DNA of 64,000 nucleotides from Tubiluchus corallicola (Eukaryota; Animalia; Priapulida), in assembly GCA_030141605.1 (NCBI GenBank), contig JAQGDQ010000907.1, forward strand, positions 1-64,000, in the 5' to 3' direction. The notes beneath the pieces were generated by a model. The model searched no databases. It worked only from the letters and a program-made list of their open reading frames with translations, and had not been told where the DNA came from. Below are positions 31,439-41,900 of this stretch, piece after piece; the stretch's first letter is position 1, and every line of letters begins with the position of its first letter. The position numbers and the translations under genes are program-made.

Positions 31439-33949
31439 CTATTTTTTAATGATCTTAATATTAATTTTCCCTGCTGAGGAGCTGAAGCTGGCTGAGAGGG
31501 TATCCCCCTCGTCAATATCTCCTTTAATAATAAGTTCTGCTATTTCATCCTCGAGGTACTTCTGTATTGCACGCTTCAGAGGTCGCGCTCCAAATTTAGA
31601 ATCATAACCTTTATCAGCAATGAAATTTTTTGCAGATGGAGATATACGGAGGTTGTAATTCAGTGCCTTAACCCTGTCATACACCTCTTTAAGTTCAATC
31701 TCTATAATTTCGCTAATATGCTCTCTTAGTAATGTATTGAACACTATTACATCATCTATTCTGTTCAGGAACTCAGGCGTGAAAACCCGTTTAAGTGCTT
31801 TTTTGATAACATACTTAGCACGCTCATTATCTTCTTCGGGTGTGCGGTTGTCAAACCCAACTCCCTGTCCAAAGTCCTGAAGCTCTCTGGATCCGATATT
31901 TGATGTCATAATAATAATAGTGTTGCGAAAGTCTACCTTTCGCCCTAAGCTGTCCGTGATATGTCCTTCGTCAAGGATTTGTAATAGCACATTAAATACA
32001 TCCGGGTGAGCTTTTTCTATTTCGTCAAGGAGAATAACTGCGTATGGTTTTCGCCGTACTTTTTCTGTAAACTGGCCACCTTCTTCATATCCGATATATC
32101 CGGGAGGAGCACCAATAAGTCTTGAGACAGCAAATTTTTCCATATACTCGCTCATGTCTATACGGATGATAGCGTCAGTTGTATCAAAGAGATATTCAGC
32201 GAGCACTTTTGCCAGTTGTGTTTTCCCCACACCGGTGGGTCCCAGGAACATAAAGGTGCCGATAGGTTTTTGGGGGTCTTTTAGTCCTGCACGGTTGCGT
32301 TGTATGGCTTTAGTGATTTTTTGTATTGCCTCATTTTGTCCAATCACGTTACGCTTCATATCGCGATACATGCTTTGAAGCCGCTTGCCTTCAGTTTGAG
32401 CGATCTTTTGTACCGGAACGCCTGACATCATGGCGACTACGCTGGCAACCTGATCTTCTTCCACTGTTTCGCGTCGGCTATCCATCTCCTCTTTCCACTT
32501 CTCTTTTTCCTCTTCTAATATTGTTAATGTTTTTGCCTCTTTATCTCGAAAACTGGCAGCAAGTTCAAAATTTTGACTTTTAACTGCTCCCATTTTATCT
32601 TTATGTATAAGATCTATCTTTTCCTCCAGTTTCAGAATTTTTTCAGGTACGGAGATATTTGATATGTGAACACGTGAGCCTGCCTCATCAAGAGCATCAA
32701 TTGCTTTGTCTGGGAGATGCCTGTCTGATATATAGCGTGTAGTCAACTTTACGCAGGCCTTAATTGCATCGGGTGTGTAAAGGACATTGTGATGGTCTTC
32801 GTATCTCTCTTTAATGTTATTCAGTATCTCTATAGTTTCTTCAACGGATGTTGGATCTACCATTACCTTCTGAAAGCGACGCTCAAGGGCTCCGTCTTTT
32901 TCTATTTGCTGGCGGTACTCATCAAGTGTGGTTGCTCCTATGCATTGAATGTCTCCTCTTGTCAAGGCGGGTTTCAGTATGTTGGCGGCATCAAGCGATC
33001 CTGTGGCACTACCGGCACCAACTATAGTATGTATTTCGTCTATGAAAAGGATAACGTTATCAACTTTGGAAAGTTCGCTGAGTATGGACTTCATTCGTTC
33101 TTCAAATTGCCCTCTGTACTTTGTCCCTGCAACTATGGATGCAAGGTCTAGGCTGACAACTCTTTTGTAAAAGAGAGGCCGCGAAACAAGTTTTTGTGAT
33201 ATTCGCAATGCCAGCCCTTCTACAATGGCAGATTTTCCTACTCCCGGTTCACCAATTAATATAGGGTTGTTCTTTTTTCTACGGCTCAGAATCTGAGCAA
33301 TACGCAGTATCTCATTTTCCCTGCCCACGATAGGGTCAAGGTTACCCTCCATAGCGGCTTTAGTTATATCAACACCAAAGTTGTCCAATGCTGGGGTGTC
33401 ACTTTTTGAAAGTGATGTCGGAATATCTTTGCTGCTGTCAGGGTTGTCGCCACCTTTGTGATAAAACTCATCGCTCGGGTCATCATCATCTGGAAATTCT
33501 GATTTACTTTCAATGTCGGGAACACTCTTAAGCATCTCTTTTATCGTTTTATATTCTGCTTGGTGTTGTCTAAGGATACGGCCTACAATACACTCATTGT
33601 CTTTTATAATGGCAAGTAGCAGGTGTCCTGTGTTGATGACAGTGTCATTCATTGACATAGCCTCAAGGTACACTACTTTAAGAGTCTTTTCCGCATTTTT
33701 TAAAATAGGGGCAGAAGGTTTTGTGGCTATTGACATCCCTTCTCTTTTTATTTTTGACTCAATAGTGTTTTTTATCATTGGCAGGTTCAGTCCAAGCTGG
33801 TTCATCAACTCAATAGCGACTCCTTTTCTTTTACACAGAATGCCAAGAAAAAGATGCGATGTGGTTATGTTTTCGTTACCCAATCGTATAGCTTCGGACA
33901 CGCTATAAGAAAGAACATCCTTTATATGTGATGAAAATTGTGAGTTCAT
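31439..33949 (-). CDS. clpC: ATP-dependent Clp protease ATP-binding subunit ClpC
   Basis: Clp-N domain, GEPGVGKS and GPTGVGKT Walker A motifs, UVR coil (QNFELAASFRD) and FGARPLKRAIQ. Confidence 0.95.
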   Translation of the reverse strand: MNSQFSSHIKDVLSYSVSEAIRLGNENITTSHLFLGILCKRKGVAIELMNQLGLNLPMIKNTIESKIKREGMSIATKPSAPILKNAEKTLKVVYLEAMSMNDTVINTGHLLLAIIKDNECIVGRILRQHQAEYKTIKEMLKSVPDIESKSEFPDDDDPSDEFYHKGGDNPDSSKDIPTSLSKSDTPALDNFGVDITKAAMEGNLDPIVGRENEILRIAQILSRRKKNNPILIGEPGVGKSAIVEGLALRISQKLVSRPLFYKRVVSLDLASIVAGTKYRGQFEERMKSILSELSKVDNVILFIDEIHTIVGAGSATGSLDAANILKPALTRGDIQCIGATTLDEYRQQIEKDGALERRFQKVMVDPTSVEETIEILNNIKERYEDHHNVLYTPDAIKACVKLTTRYISDRHLPDKAIDALDEAGSRVHISNISVPEKILKLEEKIDLIHKDKMGAVKSQNFELAASFRDKEAKTLTILEEEKEKWKEEMDSRRETVEEDQVASVVAMMSGVPVQKIAQTEGKRLQSMYRDMKRNVIGQNEAIQKITKAIQRNRAGLKDPQKPIGTFMFLGPTGVGKTQLAKVLAEYLFDTTDAIIRIDMSEYMEKFAVSRLIGAPPGYIGYEEGGQFTEKVRRKPYAVILLDEIEKAHPDVFNVLLQILDEGHITDSLGRKVDFRNTIIIMTSNIGSRELQDFGQGVGFDNRTPEEDNERAKYVIKKALKRVFTPEFLNRIDDVIVFNTLLREHISEIIEIELKEVYDRVKALNYNLRISPSAKNFIADKGYDSKFGARPLKRAIQKYLEDEIAELIIKGDIDEGDTLSASFSSSAGKINIKIIKK

Positions 33950-34053
33950 AAGAGTTTATAGTTTATGATTTTACCTGGTTTTTAGTCAAACTAGTTATTA
34001 GAAATTGCCCCACAATGCAATTATACGTAAAATAATGGTTATTTTATACATAG

Positions 34054-34302
34054 GTGCCTTTTCAAAATGAAAGATTTTGCCCTGGTTGATCGATAATTTG
34101 ATAAGAAAATACACTTTGTTGTTGTAGGTTAGGGTTTTAAGCGAGGTTTTTAATGAGGGGATTAATAAAAGGAAGGTCTTTGCAAAGTGAAATATTTTGG
34201 TTCATATTGAGGAGAAATTTCTACTATAAATCATAATTTGCTGATGTAAATGAGGATTTTAACGAAAATGCTGGTTGAAGGGATGGGTTTTGTAAATATC
34301 TC
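34054..34302. repeat. Two adjacent degenerate MITE-like repeat copies
   Basis: GTGCCTTTTCAAAATGAAAG... followed by AAGGTCTTTGCAAAGTGAAATATTTTGGTTCA...TTTGCTGATG...TTTTGTAAATATCTC (34173-34302). Confidence 0.6.
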
Positions 34303-34400
34303 ATGTGAGTTTTCCCTCCTCAACTTTTAACAAAGCTTGTATGCCTGCGCACAGCTTTGTAATACTTTTAAATTACTGACATGGGTTTAAAAAAAATGTC

Positions 34401-34408
34401 TATATTTG
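34401..34408 (+). promoter_or_regulatory. Bacteroidota -7 box (TATATTTG)
   Basis: TAnnTTTG about 60 bp upstream of the oxidoreductase start. Confidence 0.45.
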
Positions 34409-34468
34409 GGAGTGCCCCTCCGTTGTGTTGAGCACAGTTTAAACTAGTATATGAAAAATTTTACGTTA

Positions 34469-35782
34469 ATGAAAAATCGCAGGACATTTGTAAAGGCCAC
34501 AGGGGCAGTTGCTGGTGGCACGTTGCTGGCATCTACACTCCCTGGGCATTTAAGTTGCAGTTCACCTTCAGATACCATTAGACTTGGGCTTATTGGTTGC
34601 AGATCGATGGGCTTTTCCAATTTGAGGGTATTTTTAAAAGAGGATAATATTGAGTGTCTGGCTTTGTGCGACGTGGATAGGAAGATATTGGAGAGCAAAG
34701 GCGCCGAAGTGGAAGAGATTACAGGCACCCACCCGGTACTGTATAATGATTTTAGGAAGCTGCTGGAAAATAAAGATATAGATGCTGTTATTATTGGGAC
34801 GCCAGACCATTGGCACGCTTTGATGATGGTGATGGCTTTGGAAGCGAATAAGCATGTGTATGTAGAGAAGCCAATGGGGCATGGTATAGAGGAGTGTAAG
34901 TTTATGGTGGATGCAGCTAAGAAGCATCCCGACCTGGTAGTTCAGGTGGGAATGTGGCAGAGGAGTTCAAAGCATTGGTTTGATGCATCGGAGTTTGTTC
35001 GCTCGGGTAAAATAGGTGAGGTAAATCTGGTAAAAGCCTGGATATATAAAGGCAATAAAAGTATTGTAAAACCAGAGCCTGACTTAAAGGCTCCTGCACA
35101 TGTGGATTATGATATGTGGCTGGGGCCTGCTCCCAAACGTCCGTTTAATAAGAACCGGTTTCATTACAATTTCAGGTGGTACTGGGATTACGCAGGTGGT
35201 GCTATGGCTGATTGGGGGGTGCACCTTCTTGACTTTGCAATGCACGGTATGGATGCCGGTTATCCCGATAAAGTAGCTCCGGGTGGCGGATTGTTCTTAC
35301 ACGAGAAGAGCGCAATGGAAACACCGGATATCCAGCAGGCAATTTACAGCTATCCTAAGCATACAATGATTTGGGAGTGTGGGCTTATGCCAGGTATTGG
35401 TCCGTATGGCCTTGGGCATGGGGTTGCTTTTACAGGGACTAAAGGTACACTTATTGTTTCCAGGTCAGGCTGGCAGGTTATTGCTGAGACGCGGGGAAAA
35501 GATAAGAAAAAGCTGATGGACACAGTGCCTCAGCAGAGTCCTGTGGGGGGAGGGCTTTCCAACCACGTTAAGAACTTCCTTAAGTGTATAAGAAAGGGAG
35601 GAACTCCAAATGCGTCGGTAGAGCTGGGAAGCAAGGTCGCAATAGTGTGTGGAATGGGTAATATTGCCTATAGAACTGGAGAGATACTGCATTGGGATAA
35701 AGAGAAAGGCATGTTTAAGGAGGAGGCTGCCAACAAGTTGGCAAAAATGAACTACAAAAACGGCTGGAAGCTCCCTTCCTAA
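34469..35782 (+). CDS. Tat-exported Gfo/Idh/MocA family oxidoreductase
   Basis: NRRTFVK twin-arginine signal, GTPDHWH, VYVEKP, DMWLGPAP and DWGVHLLD. An alternative in-frame ATG lies at 34451. Confidence 0.92.
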   Translation: MKNRRTFVKATGAVAGGTLLASTLPGHLSCSSPSDTIRLGLIGCRSMGFSNLRVFLKEDNIECLALCDVDRKILESKGAEVEEITGTHPVLYNDFRKLLENKDIDAVIIGTPDHWHALMMVMALEANKHVYVEKPMGHGIEECKFMVDAAKKHPDLVVQVGMWQRSSKHWFDASEFVRSGKIGEVNLVKAWIYKGNKSIVKPEPDLKAPAHVDYDMWLGPAPKRPFNKNRFHYNFRWYWDYAGGAMADWGVHLLDFAMHGMDAGYPDKVAPGGGLFLHEKSAMETPDIQQAIYSYPKHTMIWECGLMPGIGPYGLGHGVAFTGTKGTLIVSRSGWQVIAETRGKDKKKLMDTVPQQSPVGGGLSNHVKNFLKCIRKGGTPNASVELGSKVAIVCGMGNIAYRTGEILHWDKEKGMFKEEAANKLAKMNYKNGWKLPS

Positions 35783-36080
35783 AAATCCGGTAAGCTTTGC
35801 AAAGGCCTCTTTTTTGCTTCTATTTCCCAGATGAGTATAAGGCTTTTGTCTAATACAGAATAGAGGCCGGCATTTGTAATTGTGTTTGTTACTACTACCT
35901 TTGTCATTGTGTAGCGTGATAGCTGCAATATTATGAGCCGCCTGTTTTTATTGTATTGGGGTGATGCGGGAAGTGTGTAAAAACGCTGTGTGGTGGCTGA
36001 GAGTAGGCGGGGGCGCTTGTAAAAGCGTAAGTTAAAAGGTAATCTTGCTCCTCATTGGGGAGTACTAAAAAGTATTTTAA

Positions 36081-36533
36081 ATGAGAAAGATTGTATTATT
36101 GTTTGTAATATTAGGATTTTCTTCAACTTCTGCATTTTCCGGTTCAAGTAATGCAAACGGACGCCCTGTGAAGTTGACAAAGGCAGAGTTTATAAAAAAT
36201 GTTATGAACTACGAGGAAAATAAGGAGTGGAAATATGAAGGGGAGTTGCCTTGTATAGTAGATTTTTATGCAGACTGGTGCCCTCCATGCCGCCAGGTTT
36301 CCCCTGTGCTGGATGAGTTGGCAAAAGAGTATGCCGGCAAAATTATTATCTATAAAGTAGACATAGATGTAGAGAAGGATCTTGCTAAGGCTTTTAAAGT
36401 CAAGAGTATACCTACGTTTTTGTGGATACCTAAGAGTGGTGAGTTTGAGGTGTCGAGTGGTATTGGCAAGACTCCAGAGAAGACCAAGCAGGAGTTTAAA
36501 AAGATGATTAATGAAATTTTGCTTGTCAAATAG
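36081..36533 (+). CDS. Exported thioredoxin-domain protein
   Basis: Signal peptide, DFYADWCPPC and SIPT. Confidence 0.9.
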   Translation: MRKIVLLFVILGFSSTSAFSGSSNANGRPVKLTKAEFIKNVMNYEENKEWKYEGELPCIVDFYADWCPPCRQVSPVLDELAKEYAGKIIIYKVDIDVEKDLAKAFKVKSIPTFLWIPKSGEFEVSSGIGKTPEKTKQEFKKMINEILLVK

Positions 36534-36592
36534 TGCTTGCAGAGGCACGATAACATAGCTTTGACCATAAATGTGAATTACTTTAAATTCTG

Positions 36593-36600
36593 TACATTTG
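36593..36600 (+). promoter_or_regulatory. Bacteroidota -7 box (TACATTTG) for pheT
   Basis: TAnnTTTG about 40 bp upstream of the start. Confidence 0.5.
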
Positions 36601-36637
36601 CTCGCTATAGAAAACAGATGGAGTAACGGCACAAAAT

Positions 36638-39094
36638 ATGAAAATTTCGTACACTTGGCTCAAAGACTATATAAGCCTTTCAATAACACCCCAGGAAGTT
36701 GCAGATATATTGATTCAGACAGGCCTTGAGGTTGTAGGCATAGAGGAGGTTGAAACTGTCAGGGGAGGTTTAAAAGGCTTGGTTATAGGTGAGGTTACAA
36801 CATGTTGTTCTCACCCCAATTCTGACCACTTAAAGCTTACCAAAGTTAATATTGGCACAGATGAAGATTTGCCGATTGTGTGTGGTGCACCCAATGTAGA
36901 TAAAGGGCAAAAGGTTGTTGTTGCGCCTGTTGGAACAACGTTGTATAGTGAGAAAGGGGAGTTCAGAATTAATAAGTCGAAGATTCGTGGCGAAGTTTCG
37001 ATGGGAATGATATGTGCGGAGGACGAGATTGGGATTGGAACAGACCATAGCGGAATTATTGTACTTCCGCAAAATGCGCAGGTTGGTACTTTGGCCTGTG
37101 AGTACTTTGATGTCCAAAGCGACTATGTTATTGAGATCGACTTAACCCCCAATCGTATAGATGGGGCATCTCATATTGGAGTGGCGCGCGACCTGGCAGC
37201 ATTCCTAAGTCAAAATGGAGAGTGCGAGTATAGTCGTCCGTCGGTAGAGGCATTTTCGGTTGACAACTGTAGCTCTAATATTTCTGTAAAGGTTGACAAC
37301 CCTAATGCGTGCTCCCGGTATGGTGGGTTGTCTATTTCCGGAATAGTTGTAAAAGAGTCCCCTCAGTGGTTGCAGGATCGCCTGAAACTTATTGGTTTAA
37401 AGCCTATTAACAGTGTGGTGGATGTTACAAACTATGTGCTTTTTGAGACAGGACAGCCTCTCCATGCTTTTGATGCGGATATAATAACTTCCGGCAGGGT
37501 GGTGGTTAAGACATTGCCGGGAGGTACCATTTTTACAACACTTGATGAGGTAGAGCGAAAGCTACATAGTGATGATCTAATGATATGTAATGGGGACGAG
37601 CCAATGTGTATTGGTGGAGTATTGGGGGGATTAGCATCTGGGGTAAAGAGCACTACTACCAGTATTTTTCTTGAAAGTGCTTACTTTAATCCCGTCTATA
37701 TTCGTAAAACATCGCGTAACCATGGACTGAGTACAGATTCTTCTTTCCGCTTTGAGCGCGGAGTGGATCCTAATAATACAATCTATGCTCTTAAGCGTGC
37801 AGCCCTTCTTATCAGAGAGATTGCAGGAGGGAGTATATCCTCTGACATAGTTGATGTTGTTGCTGATAGCTCTGTAATGGAAAGCTTTTCTGTAAGTGTG
37901 TCCTATAAGAATATTGATAGGCTGATTGGTAAGGAGATTCCCAGGGATAAGATTAAGAGTATTATTTCAAGCCTGGAAGTGAAGATTGTTTCTGAAACAG
38001 CTACAGGACTGGAATTGTTGGTCCCGCCATTTCGTGTTGATGTTAAGCGTGAGGCTGATGTAATTGAAGAGATATTGCGTATATACGGCTATAATAATGT
38101 GGAGCCGGCAACATCAGTAAAGTCTACAATTCAATCTACTACCAGCCCGGATAAGATAAAGCTACAGAATCTTGTATCTGAAATGTTGTCGGCTAACGGT
38201 TTCAACGAGATTATGTCTAATTCATTGACCAGAGCATCTTATTATGATGATTTAGAATCGTTTAGTGCCGATGAGACTGTCAGGCTTTTCAATCCTCTTA
38301 GTTCTGATCTTAACGGGATGAGGCAGAGTCTCATTTTTGGAGGGCTTGAAGCTATTTCCAGAAATATTAGGTATAAAAATCCAGATCTTCGGCTATATGA
38401 GTTTGGGAACGTTTATCGCTATGACAAAAGCAAAGAAACAGATAACCTTGTAAATAAGTTTTTGGAGGAGGAGCATGTAGGACTTTGGGTAACCGGGAGT
38501 AAAGAGCCTGAGAGCTGGACAGCAAATGAGAAAGACTCATCTTTCTACACCCTGAAATCGTTTTTGGGAAACATATTTCTTAAAGCAGGTATATCTACAC
38601 AAAGTTACAAGGTTGGTTCTCTGAATATGGATATATTTTCAGATGCATTAGAGTACAAGCTTAATAATGTTATAGTTGCTCAAATTGGATGTGTAAATAA
38701 GAAACTTCTTGAGAGACAGGATATTGATGCTAATGTGTATTATGCTGAGTTGAACTGGTCCAATATATTGAAAGTTATAAAAAATCAGAAGCCGATATTT
38801 ACGGAGTTGCCTAAGTACCCTGAGGTTAGAAGAGATTTGGCGCTTATGATTGACAAAGAGGTTAAGTTTGACAGGGTTAAGGAGCTTGCTTTCAAAACAG
38901 AGCGAAAGCTACTTAGAGAAGTGAATGTTTTTGATGTTTACGAAGGGCGTAATTTCCCGGCGGGGAAAAAATCTTACGCTGTTAGTTTTATACTACGTGA
39001 TGATAAGAAAACTCTTAACGATAAAACTATTGACAAAGTCATGAAGAGGCTAATTGATGTGTACGAAAGAGAGATTGGAGCACAACTAAGATAG
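36638..39094 (+). CDS. pheT: Phenylalanine--tRNA ligase beta subunit
   Basis: MKISYTWLKDY, IVCGAPNV, LTPNRID, GQPLHAFD, FRFERGVD and VRRDLAL. Confidence 0.97.
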   Translation: MKISYTWLKDYISLSITPQEVADILIQTGLEVVGIEEVETVRGGLKGLVIGEVTTCCSHPNSDHLKLTKVNIGTDEDLPIVCGAPNVDKGQKVVVAPVGTTLYSEKGEFRINKSKIRGEVSMGMICAEDEIGIGTDHSGIIVLPQNAQVGTLACEYFDVQSDYVIEIDLTPNRIDGASHIGVARDLAAFLSQNGECEYSRPSVEAFSVDNCSSNISVKVDNPNACSRYGGLSISGIVVKESPQWLQDRLKLIGLKPINSVVDVTNYVLFETGQPLHAFDADIITSGRVVVKTLPGGTIFTTLDEVERKLHSDDLMICNGDEPMCIGGVLGGLASGVKSTTTSIFLESAYFNPVYIRKTSRNHGLSTDSSFRFERGVDPNNTIYALKRAALLIREIAGGSISSDIVDVVADSSVMESFSVSVSYKNIDRLIGKEIPRDKIKSIISSLEVKIVSETATGLELLVPPFRVDVKREADVIEEILRIYGYNNVEPATSVKSTIQSTTSPDKIKLQNLVSEMLSANGFNEIMSNSLTRASYYDDLESFSADETVRLFNPLSSDLNGMRQSLIFGGLEAISRNIRYKNPDLRLYEFGNVYRYDKSKETDNLVNKFLEEEHVGLWVTGSKEPESWTANEKDSSFYTLKSFLGNIFLKAGISTQSYKVGSLNMDIFSDALEYKLNNVIVAQIGCVNKKLLERQDIDANVYYAELNWSNILKVIKNQKPIFTELPKYPEVRRDLALMIDKEVKFDRVKELAFKTERKLLREVNVFDVYEGRNFPAGKKSYAVSFILRDDKKTLNDKTIDKVMKRLIDVYEREIGAQLR

Positions 39095-39238
39095 CTTTGG
39101 TACCTTTAGTTTATCTTTAGTTATCGATATTTTTTACCAAGATCCTCTTCAGCCCCTTGATTTCCATTAGGTAAAATGTGGGTTTTTATCGATTTTTTCA
39201 TTAACCTGAACCAAGATTATTCGCTTTACAGAGGCTTT
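39090..39238. repeat. Degenerate MITE-like repeat copy overlapping the pheT stop codon
   Basis: Internal blocks TCCTCTTCAG, TTTTTATCGATTTTTTCA and CCTGAACCAAG; ends TTCGCTTTACAGAGGCTTT. Confidence 0.65.
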
Positions 39239-39333
39239 TCTTTTTAAAGAAATAGCATGTTTTTCCGTATAATTTTGGGAGAGCCCAATTATAGTTGAAG
39301 CTGTTCCACTTATAATCAGTAAGGTTTCCTGTT

Positions 39334-40110
39334 CTATAGCTCGCGTATCCAGATATTTCTAAAACTTACGGCATCTCCGTGGTCTTGTAGCATAAGCGGT
39401 GCTTTCCCATGCTCTTCGTATTTGGGAAGTCCTATATATTTTGTTGGTCCAAATAGCTGCACATTGTTTTGTATTAGCACTCCGTTGTGCAACACGGTGA
39501 AGCGTGCAGGCGTGAAGATAGTGCCATCTTCCTTAAAGCGCGGAGCAGTGTAGATGATGTCGTACACCTGCCATTCACCCGGCTTTTTGCAGGCGTTTAC
39601 TAGGGGTGCATACTGCTTGTAGATAGAGCCAGCCTGCCCATTGCGGTATGTTTTATTTTCATAATTATCCAAAACCTGTAGCTCATATCGGCTTTGCATG
39701 AATACGCCTGAGTTGCCACGCCCCTGGCCTGAATTAACAACTTTTTCAGGTGCTCTCCACTCAATATGAAGTTGAGCATCACCAAACTCTTTTTTAGTTG
39801 CTATTCCACCTGTGCGTTTTTTCACTGTAACGCATCCGTTCGCAACCTTCCACTTGGCTTTTTCACCGTTAGTGCTTTCCCAGTTTTCATGGAAACTATC
39901 TTTAGTGCCGTTAAAAAGGATAATCGCATCGGAAGGAGCATCTTGTGGTGTTTCTCCGGGCGTTATAATGTCTACCTCAGGCTCCCAAAATTCTGTCATT
40001 TGGGGCTTCATTTTAGCCTCATCTTCTTCTTTTTCCTGAGCGACTACATTTAGTTTAATCACCAATAGAAGTACTGCTAAGATAGTGGTTGTTAGTTTTA
40101 TATGTCTCAT
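39334..40110 (-). CDS. DUF1080 (3-keto-disaccharide hydrolase-like) exported protein
   Basis: Signal peptide, PSDAIILF, LHIEWR, RGNSGVF, YELQVLD and LQDHG..VSFRNIWIREL. Confidence 0.9.
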   Translation of the reverse strand: MRHIKLTTTILAVLLLVIKLNVVAQEKEEDEAKMKPQMTEFWEPEVDIITPGETPQDAPSDAIILFNGTKDSFHENWESTNGEKAKWKVANGCVTVKKRTGGIATKKEFGDAQLHIEWRAPEKVVNSGQGRGNSGVFMQSRYELQVLDNYENKTYRNGQAGSIYKQYAPLVNACKKPGEWQVYDIIYTAPRFKEDGTIFTPARFTVLHNGVLIQNNVQLFGPTKYIGLPKYEEHGKAPLMLQDHGDAVSFRNIWIREL

Positions 40111-40348
40111 TTTAAAGTGGTTTTTATAGTGATAAAGTTAATTCCTGAGCTAAAATACAAAAATCAACGTTAAAGATTACATCTATTTATCAGGCCTTAT
40201 GCTTACTCATCTTGTTTTTCGCATTATGGAAATTGTTACTTTTGCATGGGTAGTAAGTAATAGTCTGATGCGAGTTAATAAGAGAGTTTATCAATGCTTG
40301 GAACAGCGTAAAAGGCTATAATAAACTTTGATTGAAACTGACACAGGT

Positions 40349-41698
40349 ATGAAATTTGACATGTTAACAGCTATTTCTCCTATAGATGGGAGATATAGAA
40401 ATAAGGTAAATAACCTTTGGGAGTACTTTTCGGAACATGCACTTATCAAATATAGGGTATTTGTTGAGATAGAGTACTTTATAGCATTAACGAAGGAGTC
40501 TTTGCCTCAGTTTAAGGATTTTGATCCGTCACTATGTGAAAAGCTGAGGGCTGTTTACGAAGATTTTTCTTCTAAAAATGCATTGCGTGTTAAGGAGATA
40601 GAGAAGGTTACAAATCACGATGTCAAGGCTGTTGAATACTTTGTAAGAGAGGAGTTTGATAAGCTGGGGCTTGAGAAGTATAAAGAGTTTATTCATTTTG
40701 GACTTACCTCCCAGGATATTAACAACACTGCTATTCCATGTTCTTTGCGTGACGCAATTCAGACCGTTTATATTCCTTTAGTAGAGGAGCTGGTTGCCAA
40801 GCTGGAAGATCTGTCATTTGCCTGGGAGGGTATCCCTATGTTGGCAAAGACTCATGGGCAACCTGCATCTCCCACCCGCTTGGGAAAGGAGATAAAGGTT
40901 TTTGTGGAGCGGTTAAATGTTCAAGTAGAGTTACTGAAAGGCATACACTGTTATGCTAAGTTTGGAGGGGCAACCGGAAATTTCAATGCACACCATGTTG
41001 CCTATCCGGATGTTGACTGGGGAGGGTTTGCCGATAGGTTTGTTCAAGGTGTACTGCGTCTGGAGCGTTCGCAGATAACTACGCAGATTGCCCACTATGA
41101 CAATTACGGAGCGATATTTGACAACCTGAAGAGAGTTAATACTGTAGTGTTGGATCTCGATAGGGATATATGGACATATATTTCTATGAACTACTTCAAG
41201 CAAAAGATAAAAAAGGGAGAGGTTGGGTCGTCTGCTATGCCACATAAGGTTAACCCCATAGATTTTGAGAACTCAGAGGGGAACCTGGGCATTGCAAATG
41301 CTATTTTTGAGCACCTCTCATCTAAGCTGCCTGTTTCGCGACTACAGCGGGATCTTACAGATTCTACGGTACTGCGCAACATAGGTGTTCCAATTGCCCA
41401 CACTGTCCTAGCTCTTAAATCCACACTTAATGGATTAGACAAATTGCTGATAAATGTGGAGGCTATAGAGCAGGATTTGGAAGATAATTATATAGTTGTT
41501 GCGGAGGCTATCCAAACTATTTTAAGAAGGGAAGGGCACCCTGATCCATATAATGCTCTAAAAGACCTTACGCGGGTAAATAAAAAGGTTGACTGTACTG
41601 TGATACATGAGTTTATTGATAAATTGGATGTTTCTGAAAGTGTTAAGAGTGAGATGAAAAAGATTACACCCCACAACTATACAGGTATTATGTTTTGA
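40349..41698 (+). CDS. purB: Adenylosuccinate lyase
   Basis: LTAISPIDGRY, TNHDVKAVEY, HFGLTSQDINN and GSSAMPHKVNPIDFENSEGN. Confidence 0.97.
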   Translation: MKFDMLTAISPIDGRYRNKVNNLWEYFSEHALIKYRVFVEIEYFIALTKESLPQFKDFDPSLCEKLRAVYEDFSSKNALRVKEIEKVTNHDVKAVEYFVREEFDKLGLEKYKEFIHFGLTSQDINNTAIPCSLRDAIQTVYIPLVEELVAKLEDLSFAWEGIPMLAKTHGQPASPTRLGKEIKVFVERLNVQVELLKGIHCYAKFGGATGNFNAHHVAYPDVDWGGFADRFVQGVLRLERSQITTQIAHYDNYGAIFDNLKRVNTVVLDLDRDIWTYISMNYFKQKIKKGEVGSSAMPHKVNPIDFENSEGNLGIANAIFEHLSSKLPVSRLQRDLTDSTVLRNIGVPIAHTVLALKSTLNGLDKLLINVEAIEQDLEDNYIVVAEAIQTILRREGHPDPYNALKDLTRVNKKVDCTVIHEFIDKLDVSESVKSEMKKITPHNYTGIMF

Positions 41699-41836
41699 TA
41701 GTTTTACAAGGGGAAAGACTTTGGCTTAGGCTGAGAAGAATCAATGAAGAATCTTCAGCCAGCTCATGAGTGAGGGTTTTGAAGAGGGTTTTGACAAAAA
41801 TACTAATGAAAGAGTGAGGCTTGGTTTACAAAGTTG
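41697..41836. repeat. Degenerate MITE-like repeat copy overlapping the purB stop codon
   Basis: GATAGTTTTACAAGGGGAAAG...TTTGGCTTAGGCTGAG...GGGTTTTGAAGAGGGTTTTGACAAAAATACTAATG. Confidence 0.65.
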
Positions 41837-41900
41837 TTTTTTAGCTTCGGGCTATTGAATTATGAGAGAAAGGGCCAAAAATTAAGTTTACAGGTAAATA

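Noticed and set aside
34469-40110. Tat oxidoreductase plus DUF1080 as a 3-keto-glycoside operon
   Set aside because: They are on opposite strands and separated by thioredoxin and pheT, and the pathway type is already known.
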